From positions 94,676 to 158,675 of the forward strand of contig JBFHFF010000001.1 in the NCBI GenBank assembly GCA_041583775.1: a DNA stretch of 64,000 nt, read 5' to 3'. Both the position numbers and the translations under genes were made by a program. Positions within the stretch are counted from its first letter, which is position 1. Each line of letters begins with the position of its first letter. The notes beneath the pieces were generated by a model. The model had not been told where the DNA came from, made no database searches, and saw nothing but the letters and a program-made list of their open reading frames with translations. Source of the DNA: Candidatus Moraniibacteriota bacterium. Lineage in GTDB: Bacteria; Patescibacteriota; Minisyncoccia; Moranbacterales; DUUL01. Positions 38,250 through 47,115 of the stretch are shown piece by piece.

Positions 38250-38487
38250 AATCCAAGCCAGCAGGAATTACAACAAACTCAAAAGAGAGTGCACTCCAAT
38301 CAATTTGAATTGCATTTGAAACATTAAAAGTTAGTATCAACAAACAACCAACAATAAAAAGCATCGTTGTTACTGTAGAGATTTTTTCATTTAATTTACT
38401 TGCTCGAAGATGGTAAATAACCGCTAAAAAACCTCCAAGGAAAAATGTCAAAAGAAGAAAATATACAATCAATGGTAAGTTTATCAT
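38224..38487 (-). CDS. Small two-TM membrane protein (87 aa)
   Basis: Hydrophobic ORF overlapping the start of the bPH gene. Weak support. Confidence 0.3.
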   Translation of the reverse strand: MINLPLIVYFLLLTFFLGGFLAVIYHLRASKLNEKISTVTTMLFIVGCLLILTFNVSNAIQIDWSALSFEFVVIPAGLDFEDFSNYE

Positions 38488-38513
38488 TTTATTTTTTAGA
38501 TTCTTTTATTCAG

Positions 38514-39521
38514 CTAATCTACTTGTTTTCTATTTTCAGGAATTTCAATTCCCAAATGTTTATATGCTGCATCTGTCACTCGTCTTCCTCTTGGCGTTCT
38601 CTCAATAAATCCAAGTTGCATTAAAAATGGCTCATAAACTTCTTCAATTGTCTGAACATCTTCAGAAAAAGCTGCGGCAATTGTTTGAACTCCAACTGGT
38701 CCACCAGAAAATTTTTCTATCATAACTCTCAGGACCTCCCTATCGGCTGTTTCCAGTCCAAGATTATCAACATCTAAAATTTCAAAAGTTGCAAGGACTG
38801 TTTCGTTTGAAATTATTGAATGATTGTTCATTTGTGCATAATCCCGCACTCTTTTTAAAAGCCTATTAACAATTCTAGGCGTTTTTCGTGAACATCTTGC
38901 AATGGTAGTCCTACCTGCCAAATCAGTTTCAACCCCCAAAATTTTACTATTTCTTTCAATTATTTGACACATTTCATCATCAGAATAAAACTCCAATTTG
39001 TTGATTATCCCAAATCTATTACGAAGTGGCGCCGACAACATTCCCAATCTTGTCGTTGCGCCAATAAGTGTAAATTTTGGCAATTCTAATTGGATCGTCC
39101 TAGCTGATGGACCTTTCCCAACAATAATATCCAATTTACCATCTTCCATCGCTGGATACAAAACTTCTTCTACAACTTTACTCAATCTATGAATTTCATC
39201 GACAAAAAGCACATCCCCGTCATTCAAATTCGTTAAAATTGAACCAAGATCACCAACCCTTTCAATTGCAGGTCCAGATGTTGTTTTTATCCCCGCTCCC
39301 ATTTCCCTAGAAATAATATGAGCCAAAGTAGTCTTTCCTAAACCAGGAGGACCAAAGAGCAAAATATGATCAAGTGACTCCTTTCTTTGTTTTGCAGCTC
39401 CCATTAGAATATGCAAATTCTTTTTTACAATTTTTTGCCCTACATAATCACTCAAAACCTGTGGTCGCAAAGTAATCTCCAGCTGTTCATCTATTTCTTC
39501 TTGTTTATTTGTTTCAATCAT
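38514..39521 (-). CDS. ruvB: Holliday junction branch migration helicase RuvB
   Basis: [17 protein letters not shown] Walker A, DEIHRL Walker B and a winged-helix C-terminus. 335 aa. Confidence 0.9.
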   Translation of the reverse strand: MIETNKQEEIDEQLEITLRPQVLSDYVGQKIVKKNLHILMGAAKQRKESLDHILLFGPPGLGKTTLAHIISREMGAGIKTTSGPAIERVGDLGSILTNLNDGDVLFVDEIHRLSKVVEEVLYPAMEDGKLDIIVGKGPSARTIQLELPKFTLIGATTRLGMLSAPLRNRFGIINKLEFYSDDEMCQIIERNSKILGVETDLAGRTTIARCSRKTPRIVNRLLKRVRDYAQMNNHSIISNETVLATFEILDVDNLGLETADREVLRVMIEKFSGGPVGVQTIAAAFSEDVQTIEEVYEPFLMQLGFIERTPRGRRVTDAAYKHLGIEIPENRKQVD

Positions 39522-39629
39522 CCTTCTTTAATTACTTTCTTTAATCCTCTACTCTTTTCTTTTCACCTTAATATTCTATCATTTTTTTATACTTTTCAAC
39601 ATAAGTTGATTCAAAAAATAAAAGTAACA

Positions 39630-39896
39630 GCAACTCTTGACAATTTTTTTGCTTTATGCTAGGATGTATTAACATAGATTGAAAATTATGTTAATGTTTC
39701 TTTACATTTTTGATATCAACCTGTAGACAAGGGTGCTCTGAACTCCCAAGGAATTTTTCTTAGTATAGGTTAGTGTGGTTCCGGCTGTGCTATCCTCGGA
39801 TCTATTCCTGCCTTATGCCTTGTGCGTAAGCTTTTATTGTCTACAGATTGATGTTATAAATGCGCTTTGAAACTGCCTTCATAGGCAGTTTTTTGT
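39630..39896 (+). ncRNA. Candidate small structured RNA (about 180-220 nt) of unknown class, with its own promoter-like site and terminator
   Basis: Plus-strand element sits between two minus-strand genes. TTGACA at 39636 with a -10-like TAGGAT 17 nt downstream. Near-perfect 15/16-bp closing stem 39715-39730 / 39837-39852 encloses about 106 nt. Additional 9-bp hairpin 39668-39695. Intrinsic terminator 39871-39896 (ctgcct/aggcag + T6), oriented for the plus strand. Confidence 0.35.
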
Positions 39897-39911
39897 TATC
39901 TGTTGCCAATA

Positions 39912-42900
39912 TTACTCTGTTAATTTATCAGGATCCTCATCTAATCTTCGTCCGATTTGTTTGATTTTGTCAACATAATCAATTTCCGTAATTACATGCG
40001 CAACTTCATCAAGTGTAGTTTCACCTCTTAGAATGTGCAATATTCCGTCTTGTCCCATTGTCAGCATTCCCTCTTCAATGGCTTTTTCTCTAATTTCAAT
40101 TGTAATTGGGTTTGTTGTTAAAAATTTCTGCATATTCCTACCGACTTCCAATACCTCCGTAATCGCAACTCTTCCTTTAAAGCCAAGATTGTGACATTTA
40201 TCACAGCCAATTGGCTCAAAAACTTTATTCGCCGTTTTAGGGATATCAACTTCTATTTTTGAAGAGATACTATCCAAAACCTCCTCTATAATTCTTTTCT
40301 CCTCAGGTTTCATATCTCGCTCCCTCTTACAATGAGGACAAAGCGTTCTAACTAATCTTTGCGCAACAAAACAATTAGTTCCCGAGGAAAGATCTGACAT
40401 AGAAACACCCATATTCAACAACCTTTGCACCGAACCAGCAGCACTATTAGTGTGTAATGTTGTTAAAATCAAGTGACCTGTTAAAGCAACTTTGTAAGCG
40501 GCGTTGGCACTTTCAGAATCTCTTATCTCTCCTACCATTATAATATCAGGATCCTGTCTTAAGATAACCCTCATAGCGCTCGAAAAAGTATATCCGTCAT
40601 CTTCTTTCACTTGTGTCTGTAAAATTCCTTCCATTTGATATTCAATTGGATCTTCTATTGTTATAACTTTGAGCTTTGGATCTTTAAGATAATTCAAAAG
40701 ACTATACAAAGTGGTTGTTTTACCACTGCCGGTTGGTCCTGTGTCCATAATAATCCCATTTGGCTTTGCAACATTTCTAAGTATCTTCTCAAGATTATAA
40801 GGATTCATATTTAACTCGGCTAATTCTGTCACCTGAACACTTTGACTCAAGAGCCTCATAACAATAACATCCCCAAAACCACCTAAGATTACAGATACTC
40901 TAACATCTATTGATTCCTCCCCTGACTCCCTTTCTTTATTTGAATAAACAATTTTAAACCTTCCATCTATCACCCCTTCTCTCTTGCCTGTCTTTACTCC
41001 CATTAGATTTTTAATCTCATTTAAAACAGTAAGATAATCATTCATTGATAGAAGAGCAACATCATGCAAAACTCCATCAATTCGATATCTGATTTTAAAT
41101 TTTTTCAATCCAGGCTCTACATGAATATCACCAGCACCTGTATACACAGCTCCAATCAAAACATATCTCACCAATTCCTTCGGGGGGAGGGTAGAAAATA
41201 ATTCTTCAAATTCTTCGTAATTGTCTTTCACTTTCAACATTTCCTCCAAGACATCATCTTTGATGAAAATTCCACGCGCCAAAGATTGAACAACTATTTT
41301 TTCATATAAATCAATTAGATATTCTCCTTTTCCAACAACGCGTTGCAATTCTTCAATCGAAGTGACTCCGGAAACTGACTTCAAAATTCCATCCTGTTCC
41401 AGAGTAATCATTCCGTTCTCTAGCGCTGCACTCCTAATTTCATCCTCTGGAGCCATTTTTTCAATCGCTTCCTTAATTTCATCTGTAATAACAAGTATCT
41501 CAAAAATACCAACGCGCCCTTTATAGCCAAGTCCATGACATTTAGCACAACCCTTTGGCTTCCAAAGTTTATCAATGTGCTTAGGAATCGAAATATCTGC
41601 CTTAGGAGAAATAAGCGCAAGCATTTTTTTTATCATATCAATAGTTTCGCTTGCTGGTACATATTCTTCCTTACAATGTGGACATAGACGCCTCAAAAGA
41701 CGCTGGGCAACAAAAGCATTTACTGCGGGCGCAATCAGGTTGGGCTTAACTCCAAGATCAACAAATCGTCCAATTACACCACTAGCACTATTTGCATGTG
41801 TTGTTGAAAGCACTAAATGTCCAGTCAAAGATGCGTGAATAGCAATCTCTGCAGTAGATTCATCTCTAATTTCTCCAACCAAAATTATATCTGGATCTTG
41901 ACGCATAATCGCTCTTAATCCATTTTCAAAAGTATACCCTTTTGAATCTTCAACTTGTGTCTGACTTACGCCAGGAACTTGATACTCAATTGGGTTTTCA
42001 ATACTAATAATTTTTTTATCAACAGAATTTAAACGGTTTATTAGAGCATAAAGAGTTGTAGTCTTTCCACTTCCCGTCGGTCCTGAGTTAATTATTGCAC
42101 CTTGTTTTTTCTCTGACTCATTTACAAGCCATTCATAGTTTAAACCTTCTAGTCCCATCTTACTTAAAGACAAATCGTTGATACTTTGACTAAGTAAACG
42201 GACTACAATGTTTTCACCAAAATTTCCTGGCAAAACTGAAACACGAAGATCCATCGCTGACTGACCCTCTCTTTCAACAGAAAAACGACCGTCTTGAGCA
42301 ATGTCACGCACATTTATCATCATTTTCGAAAGAACCTTTACCCTCGAAACAATCGTTGGATATATATGTATCGGAAATGATGCAACTGTCTGAAGAACGC
42401 CATCAATACGAAACCTTAAACGAACTTTTCCTGTCTGTTGAGGTTCGAAATGGATATCCGAAGATTGCAATTTAATTGCACCAGCAAGAATCATATTCAA
42501 AACCTTGGTTACTGGAAGATCTCGAATTTTTCTATCCATATCCAAAACTCCTTTTGTTTCATCCTCAAAAGCTGCTAATTCCTCCCCTGTCAAACCAGCT
42601 CTTAGTGTATCAAGAATTACACTCAGATTCTCCTTTTCATATTCTTGCCAAGCTCTTTCTATTGAAGACTGTGACACCACAAAAAGCTCAACCCTCATCC
42701 CATCATCCTCTAAATCAGTAATAAAATCTCTAACTTTTCCACTTTCAGGATTAGTGGTAACTATCTTAATTGATCTTTCTAATTTATGAACGACTGCAAT
42801 TCCCAAATTTTTTGCTGTTTCCTTATCAATAAATTTAACATTTTCTTGATCAATTGGAAAAATGTTTAAATCTAAGTAAGGAAGATGCATATCCTTTGCA

Positions 42901-43220
42901 AGTTTCGAAGCCTCTTCTTCCTCAGAATCCCTCCTTAAGTGGGTTAATGTTTTCTGAACTCCTCCTCTTCTAGCAAAATTAATAGCCTCTTTGTTCTTTT
43001 TCTTCAACTCAAGCAATCTAGCTCTTTCTTTTTCATTCTCTAATTCTCTTTCTATTCGTCTTTTTTCACGAGCCTCTAAATAGCGCTGTTCCCTTTCTTC
43101 TGGAGATTCGTCTTCTTCATAAACAACTCTTTCCACATCTTTATCTGCATTTGTTTTAACAGTTTGCGAGCTATCATCCACAACAGCATCTCCTTGATTT
43201 TGTTTTTCTTCTTCACTCAT
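39912..43220 (-). CDS. Tandem-fused double PilB/GspE-type (type II/IV secretion/pilus assembly) ATPase, 1102 aa
   Basis: Contains two complete units. Each unit has a T2SSE N-domain, Walker A (SGPTGSGKTTTLYAL / TGPTGSGKTTTLYSL), Asp box, Walker B (DPDIILVGEIRD / DPDIIMVGEIRD), His box (GHLVLSTTHANSA / GHLILTTLHTNSA) and a tetracysteine motif (CPHCKEEY...CAKCHGLGYKGR / CPHCKRERD...CDKCHNLGFKGR). Acidic N-terminal extension. Confidence 0.85.
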   Translation of the reverse strand: MSEEEKQNQGDAVVDDSSQTVKTNADKDVERVVYEEDESPEEREQRYLEAREKRRIERELENEKERARLLELKKKNKEAINFARRGGVQKTLTHLRRDSEEEEASKLAKDMHLPYLDLNIFPIDQENVKFIDKETAKNLGIAVVHKLERSIKIVTTNPESGKVRDFITDLEDDGMRVELFVVSQSSIERAWQEYEKENLSVILDTLRAGLTGEELAAFEDETKGVLDMDRKIRDLPVTKVLNMILAGAIKLQSSDIHFEPQQTGKVRLRFRIDGVLQTVASFPIHIYPTIVSRVKVLSKMMINVRDIAQDGRFSVEREGQSAMDLRVSVLPGNFGENIVVRLLSQSINDLSLSKMGLEGLNYEWLVNESEKKQGAIINSGPTGSGKTTTLYALINRLNSVDKKIISIENPIEYQVPGVSQTQVEDSKGYTFENGLRAIMRQDPDIILVGEIRDESTAEIAIHASLTGHLVLSTTHANSASGVIGRFVDLGVKPNLIAPAVNAFVAQRLLRRLCPHCKEEYVPASETIDMIKKMLALISPKADISIPKHIDKLWKPKGCAKCHGLGYKGRVGIFEILVITDEIKEAIEKMAPEDEIRSAALENGMITLEQDGILKSVSGVTSIEELQRVVGKGEYLIDLYEKIVVQSLARGIFIKDDVLEEMLKVKDNYEEFEELFSTLPPKELVRYVLIGAVYTGAGDIHVEPGLKKFKIRYRIDGVLHDVALLSMNDYLTVLNEIKNLMGVKTGKREGVIDGRFKIVYSNKERESGEESIDVRVSVILGGFGDVIVMRLLSQSVQVTELAELNMNPYNLEKILRNVAKPNGIIMDTGPTGSGKTTTLYSLLNYLKDPKLKVITIEDPIEYQMEGILQTQVKEDDGYTFSSAMRVILRQDPDIIMVGEIRDSESANAAYKVALTGHLILTTLHTNSAAGSVQRLLNMGVSMSDLSSGTNCFVAQRLVRTLCPHCKRERDMKPEEKRIIEEVLDSISSKIEVDIPKTANKVFEPIGCDKCHNLGFKGRVAITEVLEVGRNMQKFLTTNPITIEIREKAIEEGMLTMGQDGILHILRGETTLDEVAHVITEIDYVDKIKQIGRRLDEDPDKLTE

Positions 43221-43334
43221 AGCTATATAATTTTTGTTTTAAGTATTTCTAATTGTTTTTATTATAGCACACACAGGAAAGCTTGCATAAACAAACTATT
43301 CAAAACTTGGTCTCTTTCCTTTAAAAATAACGAC

Positions 43335-44234
43335 CTATTTCTCAAAGATTCTATCTCTTAAATTTCTCCACTCTTGAATTGATAAATTTTGCGCCCTGAC
43401 ATTTTCATTCCAACCAAAATCATTGAAAATATCGATTATTTCATTCTTATCTTTCTTTAAACCAATGACAAGATTGTTGAGCAACTTTTTTCGTGGACTC
43501 GAAAAACCACTTTTCACAACTTGAAAAAATTCTTTTTCTAATTTTTTTGACTCTCTTTTTTTTGAACCAAAAGGCTTTGCAAAAATAATAGCTGAATCAA
43601 CTTTTGGCGATGGATAAAAAGCGGTCTTTGGAACAATATCAACCAATTCAACTTTACAATAATATTGAACTGAAACAGCAAGTATATTCATTGCCCCAAT
43701 TTCACAAGTAACCCTCTTGGCAACTTCTTTTTGGATTAAAAGCACAATCAGTTTAGGTTGAATTTCCGTCTCCAAAAGTAAACGAAAAATCTTACCTGTT
43801 ATATAATAAGGGATATTTGCAACCACCTTATAATCACAAAAATTGTTCTCTTTTAAAAATTCTGGCAAATTAATTTCCAGAAAATCTCTCTCCACAATTT
43901 TGAGACTTTCCCTTTTTTTATTTCCGCCATTTGAAAAATATTTTTCATTCAAAAATTTGACCATTCTTTGGTCTTTTTCAATGCAAATTACTTTTTTTGG
44001 TATTTTAATAAGCTGGTCGGTCAACAACCCAGTTCCTGGTCCAATCTCTAAAACATTATCTTGTATTTCTAGGTTTGCTGCGTTGACAATCATATCAAGA
44101 AATTTCTCATCATTTAAAAAATTTTGTCCTAGAGATTTCTTAGCACAAGGTGAGTTTTTGAAATTATTATTCACCCCACTTTCGCTTCTAAATTGCCTTC
44201 TTTTTTCTTTCCTAGTTATCATTTTTAAAGCCAT
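43335..44234 (-). CDS. rsmA: 16S rRNA (adenine1518/1519-N6)-dimethyltransferase
   Basis: LGQNFL and EIGPGTGLLT SAM-binding motifs. Confidence 0.85.
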   Translation of the reverse strand: MALKMITRKEKRRQFRSESGVNNNFKNSPCAKKSLGQNFLNDEKFLDMIVNAANLEIQDNVLEIGPGTGLLTDQLIKIPKKVICIEKDQRMVKFLNEKYFSNGGNKKRESLKIVERDFLEINLPEFLKENNFCDYKVVANIPYYITGKIFRLLLETEIQPKLIVLLIQKEVAKRVTCEIGAMNILAVSVQYYCKVELVDIVPKTAFYPSPKVDSAIIFAKPFGSKKRESKKLEKEFFQVVKSGFSSPRKKLLNNLVIGLKKDKNEIIDIFNDFGWNENVRAQNLSIQEWRNLRDRIFEK

Positions 44235-44248
44235 TAGATTTTTAATTT

Positions 44249-45202
44249 CTATTGCAAAATTTCCTCTACTTTCACATTTACAAGTCCTTTCCCTAGTGAA
44301 GCTATTTTTTCAAAAGCCACCGCTTCCAAGTCAATTCTTCTTCCAGTTGATAGTGCTGGCCCAAAATCCTTCACTTCTACAATTACTTGTTTTCCGTTTT
44401 CATTATTAGTCACACGAAGCCAAGTTCCTCTCGGAAAAATTCTAGAGGCACAGGTCAATTTCCCAGTATAACGATACCAACTTGCAACACCAGTTTTTAC
44501 CTTCCCTACACTGATTTTACTTCCAATTGTAACAATTTTTGCAATTGGCTTCTTTATCGTTTCTGAAGAAATAACTTCTTTAGAAATTTCCTTTCCATTT
44601 TTATAGGTAATCTTATACTCAATTATTTTCTCCCCTTTTTCGCCTTCTTGCTCAATCTCCTGTTTTCTCCATTGTAATTTTGGATCATCTTTTTCAATTA
44701 CCTCAAAATCAATCTCCTTTTTAACAGCAACATTTTCCACATTAATTCGTGTCACCACAATCTTATCTCCTCCATTAATAATCCCTTTTCTAGTTGGCTC
44801 AACTTTATCTAAATGACCAAGCTCAACGCCAGCATCGGCAAGTGCTTGCTCAACCGTCTTTCTAAATGTATTATGCTCTATTACTTTTCCGTCAACATCA
44901 ATCTCAAACCTTTTGTTTCGCCAAATCTCTATCGTCATTCCTGGTAAAAGTTTTTCTTGTTTTTCAGGATAAACCAAATCCTCTTCACCTAGATTGATTT
45001 GATGTTTTTCAATAAACTCTCCTACACTTTTAGCGTCGGAATTTATTTGATAAACCAAACTCTCATCTTGTAAGATTATTGCATTTTTATCCTCAAAAAC
45101 CAATTGTCTCTTTTCACTGAATAAAGCCTCCGATCCTTTCCAAATCAGCAACCCCGCTAGAACCAAAACAACAACTATTATTGATCTTTTGTTTTTCATC
45201 AA
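44249..45202 (-). CDS. RlpA-like double-psi beta-barrel (3D/DPBB) protein with DUF348/G5-like N-terminal region, signal anchor
   Basis: C-terminal VASWYRYTGKLTCASRIFPRGTWLRVTNNENGKQVIVEVKDFGP...RRIDLE matches the RlpA/3D-domain consensus (ASWYG...TA.GE...N..NG.sv.V.i.DrGP...R.iDLS). Confidence 0.7.
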   Translation of the reverse strand: MMKNKRSIIVVVLVLAGLLIWKGSEALFSEKRQLVFEDKNAIILQDESLVYQINSDAKSVGEFIEKHQINLGEEDLVYPEKQEKLLPGMTIEIWRNKRFEIDVDGKVIEHNTFRKTVEQALADAGVELGHLDKVEPTRKGIINGGDKIVVTRINVENVAVKKEIDFEVIEKDDPKLQWRKQEIEQEGEKGEKIIEYKITYKNGKEISKEVISSETIKKPIAKIVTIGSKISVGKVKTGVASWYRYTGKLTCASRIFPRGTWLRVTNNENGKQVIVEVKDFGPALSTGRRIDLEAVAFEKIASLGKGLVNVKVEEILQ

Positions 45203-45324
45203 TAAGAGTATATCATATCTAAAAACTAAAAAACAATGGTTTTGAGGTTATTTTCAGAACATTTTTGAACATCTTTTTTGACAATAAAAAGCTTTTTATT
45301 GGAGCACTTTTATTACGAAAATGC

Positions 45325-45353
45325 TTGACAAACTGATTAAAATATGCTATATT
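45325..45353 (+). promoter_or_regulatory. Sigma70-type promoter (TTGACA-17-TATATT, extended TGc) for GGDEF gene 1
   Basis: ttgaca 45325-45330, 17-nt spacer ending in tgc, tatatt 45348-45353. Almost identical to the promoter at 46235-46263. Confidence 0.55.
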
Positions 45354-45432
45354 AGAAAGTATATCAGTACCTATCATTGTCCCTATGTAAAGTCAATAAC
45401 CCATCTTATACAATAGACGAAAGGAGTTACAC

Positions 45433-46119
45433 ATGACAAATCCCAAAGATAAAGATTTAGAAAAAAAGATTTTAAAACAAGAATTAGCCGAGACAAACAA
45501 AAGACTATTGGCAACACTTGATTATGTTGTAACACTGGAGGAGAGGTGCGCCAGCTGGAAAAAAATAGCAAGAAAATTCCAGGAGATGGCGTTGATAGAC
45601 GGATTAACAGAGGTGCCAAATCGAAGATTCTTCGATATAACATTCGATGAAATCTTCCAGAAAAGGCTTGCTGGGACAGAAAAAATTGCAAGAAAAAGAA
45701 GCAGTGACAAAAATCAAGGACCACTAACATTACTGTTAGTAGATATAGATTTCTTCAAGCCGTATAATGATGTCTCTGGTCATCCAGCTGGAGACAAGGC
45801 TCTTCGTCAGGTAGCCTCAGCAATGAAGAGTTCTTTACGAAGCAATGACTTCTTAGCTAGATACGGCGGAGAAGAATTTGTCGTAATTCTTCCCAATACA
45901 AGCCATACTGAAGCTCAACTTGTGGCAGAGAGAGCAAGGAAAGCTGTCGAAAATCTTGGAATCCCACACCCGGGCTCTGGGACAAGCGAAGTTGTAACTG
46001 TCAGCATTGGGTTGGCCGCTCTCTCGGGAGAACTCTCCCCAGAAGAATTTCTGGAGGCGGCCGACAAAGCCTTATACAATGCCAAGAGGAAAGGGAGGAA
46101 TTGCGTTTATTACGATTAA
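45433..46119 (+). CDS. Diguanylate cyclase (GGDEF domain, intact GGEEF site) with N-terminal coiled coil
   Basis: SD AAGGAG lies 7 nt upstream. LLLVDIDFFKPYNDVSGHPAGDKALR and RYGGEEFVVILP (active-site GGEEF). Strong terminator at 46128-46170. Confidence 0.85.
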   Translation: MTNPKDKDLEKKILKQELAETNKRLLATLDYVVTLEERCASWKKIARKFQEMALIDGLTEVPNRRFFDITFDEIFQKRLAGTEKIARKRSSDKNQGPLTLLLVDIDFFKPYNDVSGHPAGDKALRQVASAMKSSLRSNDFLARYGGEEFVVILPNTSHTEAQLVAERARKAVENLGIPHPGSGTSEVVTVSIGLAALSGELSPEEFLEAADKALYNAKRKGRNCVYYD

Positions 46120-46127
46120 ACCAGGAA

Positions 46128-46170
46128 GGCACTGGACTCAAAAATGAGTCCAGTGCCTCTTTATTTTTAT
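46128..46170 (+). terminator. Intrinsic terminator (12-bp stem ggcactggactc/gagtccagtgcc + T-run)
   Basis: Perfect 12-bp stem with a 6-nt loop, followed by tctttattttta. Confidence 0.7.
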
Positions 46171-46234
46171 TTATCTTTTTTTATAAAATAAAAATAAATT
46201 AAATTCATCATTATAAACCAGAGCCCTTAAATCA

Positions 46235-46263
46235 TTGACAAACACAATAAAATATGCCATATT
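46235..46263 (+). promoter_or_regulatory. Sigma70-type promoter (TTGACA-17-CATATT, extended TGc) for GGDEF gene 2; paralogous to 45325-45353
   Basis: ttgacaaacacaataaaatatgccatatt versus ttgacaaactgattaaaatatgctatatt upstream of gene 1. Confidence 0.5.
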
Positions 46264-46338
46264 CTCAAACATACTAGTACTTTATTACAAGTAAATGATT
46301 TTATAAATCACATATAAATACGCACTCGGAGGTAGCTT

Positions 46339-46995
46339 ATGCAAGAATTAGAGCAATTGAAAGAAATTTTTTACCAAAAAAAAGTTTCTGACGAAACAGT
46401 ATCATATGTAAAAGCGCTTGAAAAAGCATTGCAGATGGCTGTTGCTAGAACAAAAAGATTGGAAGAAGACAAAAAAAAATTACTAACAAGTTTTAGTTCT
46501 TTCAGAGTAACAACCCCTTTTGATTTAATATCTGGGGCTCACACTGCTACTTTCTTTGAAGATGAAATAAAGAAAAGAGTATTGGAAAGCAAGGAGAGTA
46601 AAAGCCCCTTATCTCTAATCATCATTGAAGTGAATCGCTTCAGGGACTACTGGAATACTTCCAAATTTTCAGAGGGAGATTCACTGTTATACGAAGTTGC
46701 TTCTAATCTACAAGGCTTCTTAGGGCCCACAAGCTCACTCTCAAAAACAGATAATGGGCAGTTCTCTGTTTTGATTCCCAAAACAAAAAAGGAAGCTATA
46801 AACTTAGCATTAGGGCTTCAAAAAAGCCTTACATCTCTCAAGATTCCACACTGCGGCAACACAGAGACAATTTTTACTTTCGGTGTTGCCACATTGGGAA
46901 CACAAGAATCTGTAAAAGCTTTTTTGATCCGGAGCAAAAGGTATTTGCGATTGTCTAAAAAAGAAAACTGTTATATGTATTGTGGTGGCGATTAA
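46339..46995 (+). CDS. Degenerate GGDEF-domain protein (GGDEF replaced by DNGQF), probably non-catalytic
   Basis: SD GGAGG lies 6 nt upstream. SLIIIEVNRFRDYWNTSKFSEGDSLLYEVA aligns with the GGDEF N-terminal half. The active-site position reads DNGQFSVLIP. N-terminal coiled coil as in its neighbour. Two terminators follow (47003-47044, 47061-47092). Confidence 0.6.
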   Translation: MQELEQLKEIFYQKKVSDETVSYVKALEKALQMAVARTKRLEEDKKKLLTSFSSFRVTTPFDLISGAHTATFFEDEIKKRVLESKESKSPLSLIIIEVNRFRDYWNTSKFSEGDSLLYEVASNLQGFLGPTSSLSKTDNGQFSVLIPKTKKEAINLALGLQKSLTSLKIPHCGNTETIFTFGVATLGTQESVKAFLIRSKRYLRLSKKENCYMYCGGD

Positions 46996-47002
46996 TGCCA
47001 CT

Positions 47003-47092
47003 AGACCACCGAACTCAAAACTAGAATTCGGTGGTCTTTTTTGTTTCTACAAATTCAAAAGGACCAGTGAAATTCTACTCTGGTCCTTTTTT
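47003..47092. terminator. Two consecutive intrinsic terminator hairpins (agaccaccgaa/ttcggtggtct + T7; ggaccag/ctggtcc + T6)
   Basis: The first serves plus-strand GGDEF gene 2. The second is flanked by A/T runs on both sides and can also terminate the minus-strand gene ending at 47116. Confidence 0.6.
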
Positions 47093-47115
47093 AAGATTTA
47101 AGAGATGGATATCTC

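Noticed and set aside
39715-39896. Assignment of the candidate sRNA to SRP RNA, tmRNA or RNase P RNA
   Set aside because: There is no helix-8 GGAAGCAGCC-like SRP motif, no tRNA-like acceptor/T-arm (GGTTCGANTCC) and no RNase P P4 consensus. It is kept only as an unclassified candidate.
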